The notes beneath the pieces are model-generated. The model was not told the origin of the DNA, did not search any database, and saw nothing but the letters and a program-made list of their open reading frames with translations. A stretch of 64,000 nucleotides of DNA from Kudoa neothunni. Lineage: Eukaryota; Animalia; Cnidaria. The DNA is taken from contig OZ199839.1 of the NCBI GenBank assembly GCA_964304625.1, forward strand, positions 7,216,207-7,280,206. Direction: 5' to 3'. Positions 41,341 to 52,724 of this stretch are shown piece after piece; within the stretch, counting starts at the first letter, position 1; each line of letters begins with the position of its first letter. The position numbers and the translations under genes were made by a program.

Positions 41341-42479
41341 GTGCATTACATTTTAAGAGGGTGTAGTTATCTTAAAAAATTTATCAAATTTAACGATGTT
41401 ATAAAATAAAATAAACGATGTACGTAAGAATATTTTATTTTTATTCTAAATTTGTAGCGATTTAAAGAAATTTTTGAATCCAAATGTACAAAATTTGGCT
41501 CACTCATGAACTATGGTAAATTTGAAAAAATCATTCTATAATATTTTCTCAATGTCCATTAACGTACTTATTTGTATTTGTTATATATAAGTTATTAAAA
41601 TAACTTATAATACCATAAATAAGAGATTTTTTAAGGTTGGGTGGATGAAAGTGTGTAAAAGTAGCCGTTTGACCATCTTTACTCACGCTTGCGCAGTCGC
41701 AAAATGTGATTTAATTCACGAGAAATGTTTGTGCATATATAAATAAGCAATATTATATTATTATTAATAAATTTATAAAAAATATTTACTTTGAGAGATA
41801 AATTTTATAAAATCATTCATAAATATTTTTTAGTAGAGAATGAGAATAAATCGCAATGGGGAAAACTACCCTCTGACGTAAGTGCGCACCCGTGTTGTCA
41901 ACGACGCCGACTTTTTCATTATTATTTTTTTAAGTTTTACATAATTGCTAAATATTTTTTTAAAAGTATAAAATTATGGCACATTCAAAATAAATGGGAA
42001 CATAGCTGTAGTTTATTTCAGCACGAGAACCCTCAAAAAAAAAATTTTTATATTCAGTGCAATAATTTATTGAAAATTAAAATATCATCAATCAAATTAA
42101 TACACTTAAGTTAGAACCTTGTTATTTACAAAATCATCCTCACATATACAAAAAATAAAGGAATTCAGGCCACAATGAAGATGCTAAAAAAGAGAGAATT
42201 AGACACATTTTAAGATGTTATATTTTAGTTGAGACCAAGAATTTTAATTATTTTCGTCAGTGATCGCGATGCATTATCTTAAACAAGAGAATGGATTATT
42301 TTTGAATTATCACGAAACATGTTAGATGTGTTGTGCTGGAATTCTGAAGAAGACTTTGGTGGCGGTTGTATGAAATACAAAACTGTCCTTAATAGTGTTG
42401 GTTGATCGATCGATTTTTAAAAATTTTTAATGTTAAGTAATATCCATATAAATCAAAATTAAACTAAAAATGATGTAAT

Positions 42480-43400
42480 TGACTATTTTATCCAAATTTT
42501 AATCGATGAATGGTCGTACAGAAAGATAAAACTTCGTTTAGATTTAGTTGTTTTATTCAAAAATAGAACTAAAGGTCCGGTTACAGATACCGTGTTTTCA
42601 CAAAAATAAGACTGAATGTGATTGTTAGTGGAAAGTTTTAAATAAGACCTGGTATTGTTCCAGAGTATTTTGGTAGTGATAATTCGGCAGAGTCTTGATT
42701 ATTGGAATTTATTTACGAATATAATGAATATGTACGTTTTCAATAAATATAAAAAACTTAATCTACATCACTTTCTTAGATAATCACATAAGTATATTAT
42801 CCTTTGATTTTATTTCATAAATATAAGACCTAGTAGCTATTTCTTGTGTAAAATTAATAGAAAATACGACCCTAATTATTCCGAGGAAATTCGGTAATTG
42901 GAATTAAAGGAATATACAGATAAGACTTCAAAAACAATTATTGATGAATTTGATAATCAATAATTACTTATTATGGGTTCGAATATAATAATTTAATCGG
43001 ATATAGGTCTGATGGTGCTATTTTTATGAACAAAAACATAATAGTTTGGACTCTAAAATTTTATACTAATATTAATGTTGTTCAATTTATTTTTAATTGC
43101 CATTCATTTGACACGAATATTGAAGAAATATTTCCTTTTCTCCACATTCCATGAGTGGTTTTTTGTAAAAAATCAGAAATAGTTAAAAAGGCGATAAGAG
43201 AAAGTCAGATTATCTGCAAACTTAAATTTTTTCAGAGCAATCAATCAGTTATAATGTGTAATCTGTAAATCATCATCACTTTAGGCATCAGAACGATGAT
43301 ATATTTGAATTGTTCATTAGCAATTTGGATCTTATTCAATATTTTCCAATAATTTACCGATATCTTCTAAACAGTTAGATATTTAATCATTATCTTCTAA
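42480..43400 (+). pseudogene. Decayed hAT transposase
   Basis: Fragments ILIDEW, LIGYRSDGAIFMNKN and NCHSF resemble the hAT DE, SDGA and CxxH motifs; many stops. Confidence 0.55.
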
Positions 43401-43844
43401 AAAAAGTAAATCGTTTAAATTATATTTCTGTTGTTATGCTATTGAGAAAAAAAACGATACTTTTTTTATAAAGCTCATCGACTCATGAATTTCAATGGAC
43501 AAATTTTAATTATTTAGAGTTTATTAATATTTAATCAAATTAGTGGTCAATTTTGATGACTAGAATCGCATGCATTGACATAAATTTACTTCCAATTCCC
43601 CCAAAACTATGTTCACTAAGAAACTCAATTAAATTTTAATATAATGAAATTTTAACAATTGTATCTAAAATAAAATTATACGCTTGCTTAGTAATATATG
43701 AAACAAATTTTAGTAATATTTACCATCAAACAATTATCCAATCAAATTTTAAGTTCAATTAATTAGTTGATCTCTCTAAAAACAGATTTAAAAAAGTAAA
43801 AATATGGTTAAAAATAAATTTGTGATAATGCAAAAATCAGAATT

Positions 43845-44610
43845 TTAGAAAATTTAAGGAGGAGGACTTTCAAAGGTATATACACATGTTATCATATAAT
43901 TTTAAGCCAGACTCTATATAAACAAATGGTAATTATCCAAAAGTACGATAAAGTTTGTCTCAATCAATAAAGATTAATAAATAATTTACATTAGAAACAT
44001 GTTTAAAAAACCGGAAAAAATTAGAATTTTAAAAGTTTTAGATTCCAATAAATTAGATTTAAACTAACTTTATTATTTATTATTATTAATTACCTAGCCT
44101 ATAGGCGGATCCACAGTCTAATTGCCAATCTCAAAGAACGTATATTTTTTCAAACAATCTATAAATATGGTCACACTTGAATTTAAGATAATAAAAAAAA
44201 CAAACTTCTTAGAAAATTTAAGAGGAGAACTTTCAACAATATGCATAAAGTTTAATATAAGTTTAAGCTCGACTCCATATAAACAAATGGTAGTTACCCA
44301 AAAGTACGATAAAGTTCGCCCCAATCAATAAAGATTAATAAATAATTTACATTAGAAACAATATGGAAAAAACTGTTTTAAAAAATGTCGCACCATCACC
44401 ATATTTGTTTCATTATATCAGTAAAATAAATAATTGTGAGAATATCCATAATATAACCGATAAGTATCCATCAGAAATGTTAGAAAAATTTAATTAACCA
44501 GATAGTATTCAAATTTTCGAAGATTTAAGTTTCAATAAATCAGATATAAACTAACTTGATTAGTAGTAGTACCTAGCCTATAGGCGGATTCGCAACCTAG
44601 TTGCCAACAA
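43845..44610. repeat. Degenerate direct duplication (two units)
   Basis: ~155-bp block at 43845-44000 repeated at ~44208-44360; TACCTAGCCTATAGGCGGAT at 44091 and 44570. Confidence 0.8.
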
Positions 44611-45225
44611 AGGTCTCATCAAACTAATGTTTATGTTTCATACGCCATTTTTTGGAGGTGCAAAGATTCATTTAAGATATAATCATTAGAAAAGTTACTC
44701 TAGAATATCCCCCAAAAATGAGTTGTTTGCAAGTTGTAGAAAGTTGATCTAAAGTGGGTGTTTACAGCGACGGATTTGGGCTGGTTATTTGTTTAATTGG
44801 AATAGGATAAGATAACAAACTAAAGATCTATGATTAAATTAAATAATCACATAAATTAATCGAATAACATAAATGTTATTTTTCATTCATGTATTTTGAC
44901 TAACTATTTGCTTTTGTCAGTCCAAATAAATGGTAATTAAGATAATGTTAATACTATTATAGAATTATTAAACTTTTCACATCGATGTGAATTATATTGT
45001 ATCAAAAACATTGAGAATAATTTGTTCTCTGGATTAACTAGGGTATTCATCGCTAATAGTGAATAATTTTCAGCCAACTACATAAAATAGCCAGCATTTA
45101 ACAATGTATAACATAGACACATTAAGTTACAGCAGGTCAATTTAAAACTATAAAATTTGCATCACTACAAAAGACACAAAAATATTGGAATCGAAAGCAA
45201 TCGCAAAAATGCGATTATCATATAC

Positions 45226-45249
45226 TGTGTGTGTGTGTGTGTGTGTGTG
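45226..45249. repeat. (TG)n microsatellite
   Basis: Directly visible. Confidence 0.9.
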
Positions 45250-45289
45250 ATGACCGTGAGAGGATGGATACGTTGACAATAACTCGCGT

Positions 45290-45295
45290 CACGTG
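45290..45295. promoter_or_regulatory. E-box GTCACGTGA upstream of UBA1
   Basis: 53 bp upstream of the ATG at 45348. Confidence 0.4.
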
Positions 45296-45347
45296 ATCAC
45301 ATATTCAGATCAAGTTAGGTTTGGTTGCTAAACTTGATTTCAGATTG

Positions 45348-48300
45348 ATGCTAAAGCAGTCAACCAAGTCCAGCAGGAAGAGGTCTCACTTGCAAACAAC
45401 AAACGATTCGATAGAATCTTCCGAAGTAGTTCATACAACAGTTTCGGTGACTGTCACCAACAAGTAACTATTAATGATTGCAATTGTTTGAATGTTACAT
45501 TGACATGACATTAAAAGATGATTTATATTCATTAAAATAATGTCGCATCTATTAATTAGTTTATTTGGTGTGGGAGTGGAAAATTTCAAAACAGTTTCTG
45601 GTTCGAATCAAAGTGAAATGGTTTTAGAGAATGAAGTAATTGAATGAAACATACACTCATGATTTATTAACTAATACATTTTTACTCGTATTGAATAATG
45701 CGTTTGTGTAGATAAATGGGGATAAACAAAAATCTCCTCCACCCGAAGAGCAGATTGATTACGGGCTTTATTCCCGCCAAGTGTAAACTAAATTGATGTG
45801 CTCTAATAGTTCATATGCTGATTTGATTTCAATAGATATGCCCTGGGAAAAGATGCTATGCTCAATATGGCCAAAACCAACGTACTTGTCACTGGAATGG
45901 ATGGACTTGGAGTGGAAATTGCTAAAAATCTTATTCTTGGTGGATTCAAATGTGTAGACATTCACGACACTATGGTTACATCGTTGTTTGATCTATCAAC
46001 TCAAGTAATTTTTAATTTGACAACATACGAATCAACTGCCGTTTTTGTTTAGTATTATTTGAAGGAATCAGATGTAGGTAAAAATAGAGCCAGATGTTGT
46101 TACCAGTCGTTGGTACAGTTGAACAGTTATGTGAAAGTGGAATGTTTCACCGAACCGATCACAGATTTATTTTTTAAGAACTACTCTATTGTGGTAGTGG
46201 TGAATGGTCCTTGGTTGTTGATTGAACGGTGTGCCGAATGGGCTCGAAAATATGGCGTTAAGCTTGTGGTGTCGAATAGTAGAGGTGTTATTGGGCAGAT
46301 ATTTTGCGACCATGGTGACAACTTTGTGAGTAATGATCCCACCGGCGAGGAACTACCATTACTTTTGACCTCACATGTGACCGACGATGGCTACGTGACA
46401 ATGTTGGATCGCAAACGACACGGACTTGTGGATGGTGATTTCGTGTCGTTTTGTTTGAGTAAGGATTGTGCCCAGAAGATCGGCCGCAAAATGTCACCGC
46501 CGTTCAAGATTGAAATTGTTGATGCTGACAGTTTTCACATTGTTGATGTTGTACCAGATGGGATTGAGTTAGCACCTGGCAACTGTACCAAAGTAGTGAT
46601 GCCCGTCACTTTCAATTTTCTACCATTCAAAGAAGCATGTATCAAACCAGAATTTGTAGTTTCAAATTTTGCCAAATGTGACCTCTATCCACTGTTGCAT
46701 CTTTCAATGTTAGCGTTGCTTGTGTACCAACAGAAATATTTATCGTTTCCAGCTCCACATGATGAACAAGATGCACTTCGATTTTTAGACATTGTGAGAC
46801 AGTTGAATGAGTCTGGAACGGTTTGCAAAGTGGACAAACTCGATGAAGAGCTGTTGAAGGTGATTGCAATGCAAGCAACCTCACAAATCGCACCAATTCA
46901 AGGTATTATTGGTGGAATCACTGCTCAAGAAGTTATCAAAGCTTCCAGCCACAAATACACACCCATCAAACAATGGTTCTACTACGATGCACTTGAACTC
47001 ATCAACAATGATGAATGGAAACAAGCTGATAGGTCTTTGTTTGACATCAGCCAAATTCCTCCCACGAACAGTGCTGTTAGATCGTTGGGACAGGTGGCAC
47101 TGTTCGGTATGGATTTTCAAACCAAAATCGAAAATTCTAGCGTTTTCGTTGTCGGCGCTGGAGCTATCGGATGTGAGTTGTTGAAGAATCTTGCTCTTAT
47201 GGGTGTTTCTTGTTCAACTACCACTTCGACTGGTGGAAACCCAAAACAACCCACCATCTACGTTACCGATATGGATGTCATCGAGAGATCGAATCTCAGT
47301 CGTCAGTTCCTGTTTCGAAACAGTGACATTGGTCAAATGAAATCGGCCACTGCTGCCGCTGCTGTCCGAAAAATCAACCCCTCAATGAAGATCCAATCAT
47401 TCCAATTGAAAGTTGGCCAGGAAACTGAAGCTGTGTTCAACTCTAAATTTTATAGACACATCGATTGTATACTGAATGCACTTGATAATGTTGACTCTCG
47501 TCGTTACATGGATGAGCAATCGGTCAGTCATTCGGTGCCTATGATTGATGGAGGAACACTTGGTACATGTGGAAATGTTCAAGTGGTTATTCCATATCTT
47601 ACCGAATCCTACTCCTCATCCAATGACCCCGAAGAAACATCCATCCCCGTGTGCACACTTAAACACTTCCCCTACCTCATCGAACATGCTATTCAATGGG
47701 CGCGCGATCAGTTTGAAGGACTTTTCAAAAATCAGCCCGAAAACTCAATCAGCTTTCTTAACGATAACAACTTTATCGAGAATACTTTTAGTCCAAATAG
47801 TTTTGATTATTCGGAAACTGTCAGAAGTGTCCACAAAGCTCTCATTGTTAGACGACCTCTTGACTATGATGATTGTATTCGTATGGGTCGTGATCTTTTC
47901 GAGGAGATTTTCGTTAACTCAATCAAACAATTGCTTTTCACACTGCCACCCGACCATATTGGTGTATTTGGACAACCGTTTTGGCTTCCTCCCAAGCGAT
48001 GTCCTGTTCCTCTTGTGTTCGATATCGGAGATGTAGTTGAGTTGACGAAAACTACGATTGTTTAATACTTTTTGTTTGATCTAGGAATATCATGTGAATT
48101 TTGTCGTAAGTTCAGCTAATCTATTCGCCCACGTCTACCAAATTACTCCTCCACCTTCACCTTCAGCCAACCAAGACAATAACTTGGTGCTGCAATTTCT
48201 ACTCAGCTATAATCCACCCGAATTCAGCGTAGATCGATCTGCTGTGATCTATGAAAATGAAGAACAAGAAGAAGAACGCCTCAAATCTGGAAACCCCAGT

Positions 48301-50647
48301 GAAAACGAAAAAATCATTATTCAAAGATATCTGAGTGAGCTGAAAGCCGGAAATTTCAAACCCGATTCGTTATCACTTCATCCTATCGACTTCGAAAAGG
48401 ATGATGATACCAACTTCCACATGCAATTCATCTACAGTTGCTCCAATCTGAGAGCCAACAATTATGGAATTGAAAATGTGGATTATCACAAAACCAAACA
48501 AATCGCTGGTAAAATTATCCCCGCTATAGCAACAACCACTGCCGTTGTCGCCGGCCTTGAATGTGTCGAGTTGTACAAGGTTCTCGCTAAAGTGAACAAC
48601 ATTGAAAAATTCCAGAATAGTTTTCTCAATCTTGCCTACACACTTGTTGCTGGAACCGAACCTTGTGCACCAAAATTCACCAATGGTGTCAAAGGAAAAT
48701 TCACCTTCTGGGATGTGGTTATTGTACAAGAAACCAACCCGGATGGCACGCTGATGACTCTTTCTAACCTCATAAATTATATTAAAGTAATTATAATTCG
48801 ATAAATGAGGAGCGATTTTAGTTATATGCATTTTTAACCTCCCAATTCTAACGTGATTTAATTCAGTTGATTGTTAATTATTTATTAAAGTGGAGTATTT
48901 TCTATATAAGAAATGTAGTGATGCGAAAATTTTTAATTTTGATTGTATTTAATATTTGTTGTTTTAAGAGTTTCAATAAAATAATTAATTTTGTAAAAAA
49001 AATTGATTAATGTATTAATCAATAGTGTAGTAGTTGGGTGATTTTAAGTGGAAGTATACTTATGCTTGTGTGTTATTTAAAATTGATTGGATGTTGCTAT
49101 TGGCAACATCCAATCAATTTTTGGGGGGTTTTGTTTTTAATCGATATTTTGGTTGAATTTTTGATTATTTTCGGTCTTATTACTCTTGGGACGTAAATAT
49201 AAATGTAATTATGTGTGTGATAAGGAGGGAAATTAAATCTTAATTAAAACTTTGAAGGGGATTTTGATCTGTTTTAAATGAGTATCTTTCAGACACGTCT
49301 ATTTAATAATGGTTGGTGATATTATAAAGAGGAAATTAGTTTTATAATATTCTAGTTGCTTGACTTGTCAACACCAAAAATTTATTATTAAAAATTTATT
49401 ATTTTAATTCTGATTGTTACTGATGTTTTAATATTGTTTGTACAATAGTATTAAATTCCTTAATGATAGTTCAAAAGAATGAACTATTCTGTTTGATAAT
49501 GAATTACATCGCAGGATTTCAATATAATATAATTGTTCATATTAACATTTCTTTTGAGATTAAAATTGTTTGTAACAGGTCGAGGATGGTGATTTTTTAG
49601 TTATCATATTAGATATAAAAGGCATTTTATTTTTAATAATATCAATAATTAATTAGGATAATTAATTCGGTAGGCTAATTTTCTCAAAATTATAAAGTAA
49701 GCGTATAATTAGCTAAATGTTCTCAATTTTGTGTGTTTACATCACAAAATTAAATTTGAGGCGTCCTGTGTTTTACACCAAAGCTTAAAATACGAAACCC
49801 ATTTGTTACGTGAAATTTTTGAAAAGCGATTAACTGGAATGATTCCACCTAATAAAAAATGAATAGTTCTGATTTTTTTTAGTTATCTAAATATGCGGTA
49901 ATTCATTTTTTGACTTTAATCTCAATAGGCATTAAAAGAATCTCGTAAAATGTACGATTAAGTAGTTAATCTTTTCCAAAATTACAACACAAGTCTTTTT
50001 CTTTCAAGCTTATCGCAAATGTATCGTTTTATTGAATTATTTATTTTCGAATGTAACGTTTGCATATAAGTTCATTGTATAAATTTTTAAAGTCAACATA
50101 GTCTTATTTGGGGAAGCTTGTTGACATTAATTTTCTCATTACATGCTTTAATTATTTGTGAAGCTGACCTTTTCCTTAAGTAAACATTGTTTAATATAAT
50201 TATTTAAAGAAATATGGTTTTAATAAAAAATTGCATGTATAGTCATTTTTTATGGATTTTGTTTCTGCGCGTGTTTATTATTTTATATTGTTAAAAAATA
50301 TATTCTTAACGTCAATTAAATATTTAGTTAATTTTCATTGAATAGGATTTATACAACCTGGGAAACGTGTGTATGCTAAACCATGGGAAAAGATTGTTGT
50401 ATGCAGATTTTATCAATAACGTCCATGATCGTCTAAAAATGCTGTATTTTATTTTAGAATTTGTTCGTTGACCTCTATAAAAAAATTTTTTTGTAGAATG
50501 CGTGATCTTGTTTTTGGACATGGTCAAAATCAGGACCAATCAAAAAAGAAACTGCTAAAAGAATTTATCCTTTTGGAGTGTTTGGTCGAAGATCTCGAGG
50601 GTAACGACTGTGATATTCCTCTAATAAAGTTTATCTTTTCTAACTGA
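45348..50647 (+). CDS. UBA1: Ubiquitin-activating enzyme E1
   Basis: N-terminal SRKR; IDYGLYSRQ|YALG; VVGAGAIGCELLKN; DMDVIERSNLSRQFLF; catalytic IPVCTLKHFP; FEKDDDTNFH; KIIPAIATTT; terminal exons 50346-50443 and 50497-50647 (LLECLVEDLEGNDCDIPLIKF) after a 1559-nt intron. Confidence 0.95.
49079..49121. repeat. Perfect 19-bp inverted repeat with 5-nt loop
   Basis: AAAATTGATTGGATGTTGC-TATTG-GCAACATCCAATCAATTTT. Confidence 0.9.
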
Positions 50648-51266
50648 TGGTTCGAGTGAGAAAAGCTTACAAAGCAATTATTTGTCTACCTACCTAATTA
50701 TATCTGTTTAATATTCTCAATATGCATGACTACATATTTCTAATGTCTTTTCGTCTATATTACACAAAAGCTCGTCAGGATCAACATAACATTTAGTTTT
50801 TCATCAATATATGCCTGTTGTAGTTTATTGTGTTTTTATACAAAGAGTGCTGAGTGGCGTGTACAGTCTCATTTTTCGTATTTTAGTGAGCTTCGCGGTA
50901 AATTTTCCATCATAAATGATAGTTGTTTTGAAGTAAAGGTTTTTAAAAATCGAATGTGTTTACATTGGTTTTTCTAATATTAATATTAACATTGATCGAT
51001 TCAGGTTCGTATTTTTGTATAAATCTGATATTAAGCTTAAATAACTTTTATCATAATTGTCCTGAGGAAATAATCTGAAAGTTTAAAATATAAAAGATTA
51101 TATATGACATTTTTGTTAGTTGCGAAAACCCCATGAAAAGGATATATCTGACGCGCGAATAAGATAATATAATGCAAATCTTAATTTTAGTCTATCATTA
51201 TCATTACTGGAATATGCCATAATACTTATATGAAGATGATATCCTCAGCGTTCACAAATATATTTA

Positions 51267-51351
51267 CAATGAATTCTCGATTATTCGGAATCTCGCTAAC
51301 CAAAAAGAAAAATATTTACCCCAAGTTTCCTGGATAATAGAGGTTTCATTG
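51267..51351. mobile_element. 85-bp pogo/Tigger-type MITE
   Basis: TA|CAATGAATTCTCGATTATTC ... GGATAATAGAGGTTTCATTG|TA. Confidence 0.6.
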
Positions 51352-52159
51352 TAAAGGGTGTGCACATAGACTTTTCACCGTTTGCTATCCATCACTGACA
51401 TAAACGCTTCTTATTATATCGTGTATTCTTTAATAATTAAATAAAATGAACTAAAGTTAATGTTTTATTGGAGCTTAAACATTCACGCGAAGTTCTTTCT
51501 CACTTAAATAGCTATAATGACTAATTTTTAAAATACTTCTACAACTCCAATAATCCCATAAGCATTAGCAGATTTCAAAGACTCGATATAATACTTTCTC
51601 GAAAGATGTATACAAACAACCACCTGGCCTCTTTATTTTATTTACTTTATCAGTTTTAGTTTGAGCGAAATATTTAAATAAAGATGAGTTTAAAAAGATA
51701 TGAAAACACGGACCATTAATTAAAAAATAGTCTGGTCAATTATATTTTATCTAGTACAAATTTATAAGGTACTATTTATGGTAAAAAAACTGAATTAGAT
51801 CATCACAGAAAATTCACTCATTAAAAAAATGATTATCGGTATCCTGAATCCCACCTACAATGACTAAAAACAGATTATCACCTGAGCATCGTCTACTTAA
51901 CAATTAATACGAATTTCTTGGGATATTGAACTTTCCTCCCACCTCTTAAATTTATTCTTTATTTCTCCAAAGTTAATATAATTAAAATATGAAAATTTTG
52001 GAAATTAGAAAAGCTGATGATTTGATTGTCGGGAGTCAAAATGTATCGAGAAAATGAAAATATGCGCAAACAATGAGATAAAACACAAAATTTAAGTCAA
52101 ATATTCAATAACAATTAAAATCGTGATGGAGTCAATGGCTGCAATAAACAACAATCCAT

Positions 52160-52724
52160 TTATCTTTTTCTGCTGACCGCAAAGAAAACAAGAGCTCCCG
52201 CTAAAACAGCCAACGAAACAACTGTTATCTTTACCCTCGTACAATTCGATTTACTATAACAAATACAATGAGTTAACGAAAAAAATAATTCTTACGAATT
52301 TAAATAATTCATAACGTCGCATTTACTCTTTTGGCACGAACCACAACATTTCTTCTAAATACAATTTTTAATATAATACGATCTAAGCTTGAATCACTTC
52401 CGTCAGATCCCCAACGTAAAGTTTCTCCATAAACTCATTAGCGGCAGAAGGATGGCCAGCGGCATCGAACGCTTCGGACGCGTCTTCACCTAACGATCCC
52501 CAAACGTAAATAAGATCAAATGTCGCGACAATTTTATCAATTGCCTGCATGTTGAAGAATCACTTCCAAACCGGGTGGATGCTAAACCGATTATTAAATA
52601 TTTTTCAAACTCCAACAACTACATCATCAAAATGGGTCACATCATAGACCTTTCCATGAATGGCTACCCATGACGAATCCCCACCATCATGCTTTTTCAA
52701 TTCTTCCCAACTAATCCTAGCCAT
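52160..52724 (-). CDS. Tail-anchored cytochrome b5 (basic C-terminus, CYB5B-like)
   Basis: MARISWEELKKH..WVAIHGKVYDVTHFDD|HPPGLEVILQHA|GEDASEAFDAAGHP..YVGDL; C-terminal TM VVSLAVLAGALVFFAV followed by SRKR*. Missed by the ORF track. Confidence 0.9.

Noticed and set aside
46288-48831. Antisense and alternate-frame ORFs over UBA1 (likewise over RCL1, EPS15 and ENTPD)
   Set aside because: Shadow ORFs of real coding exons.
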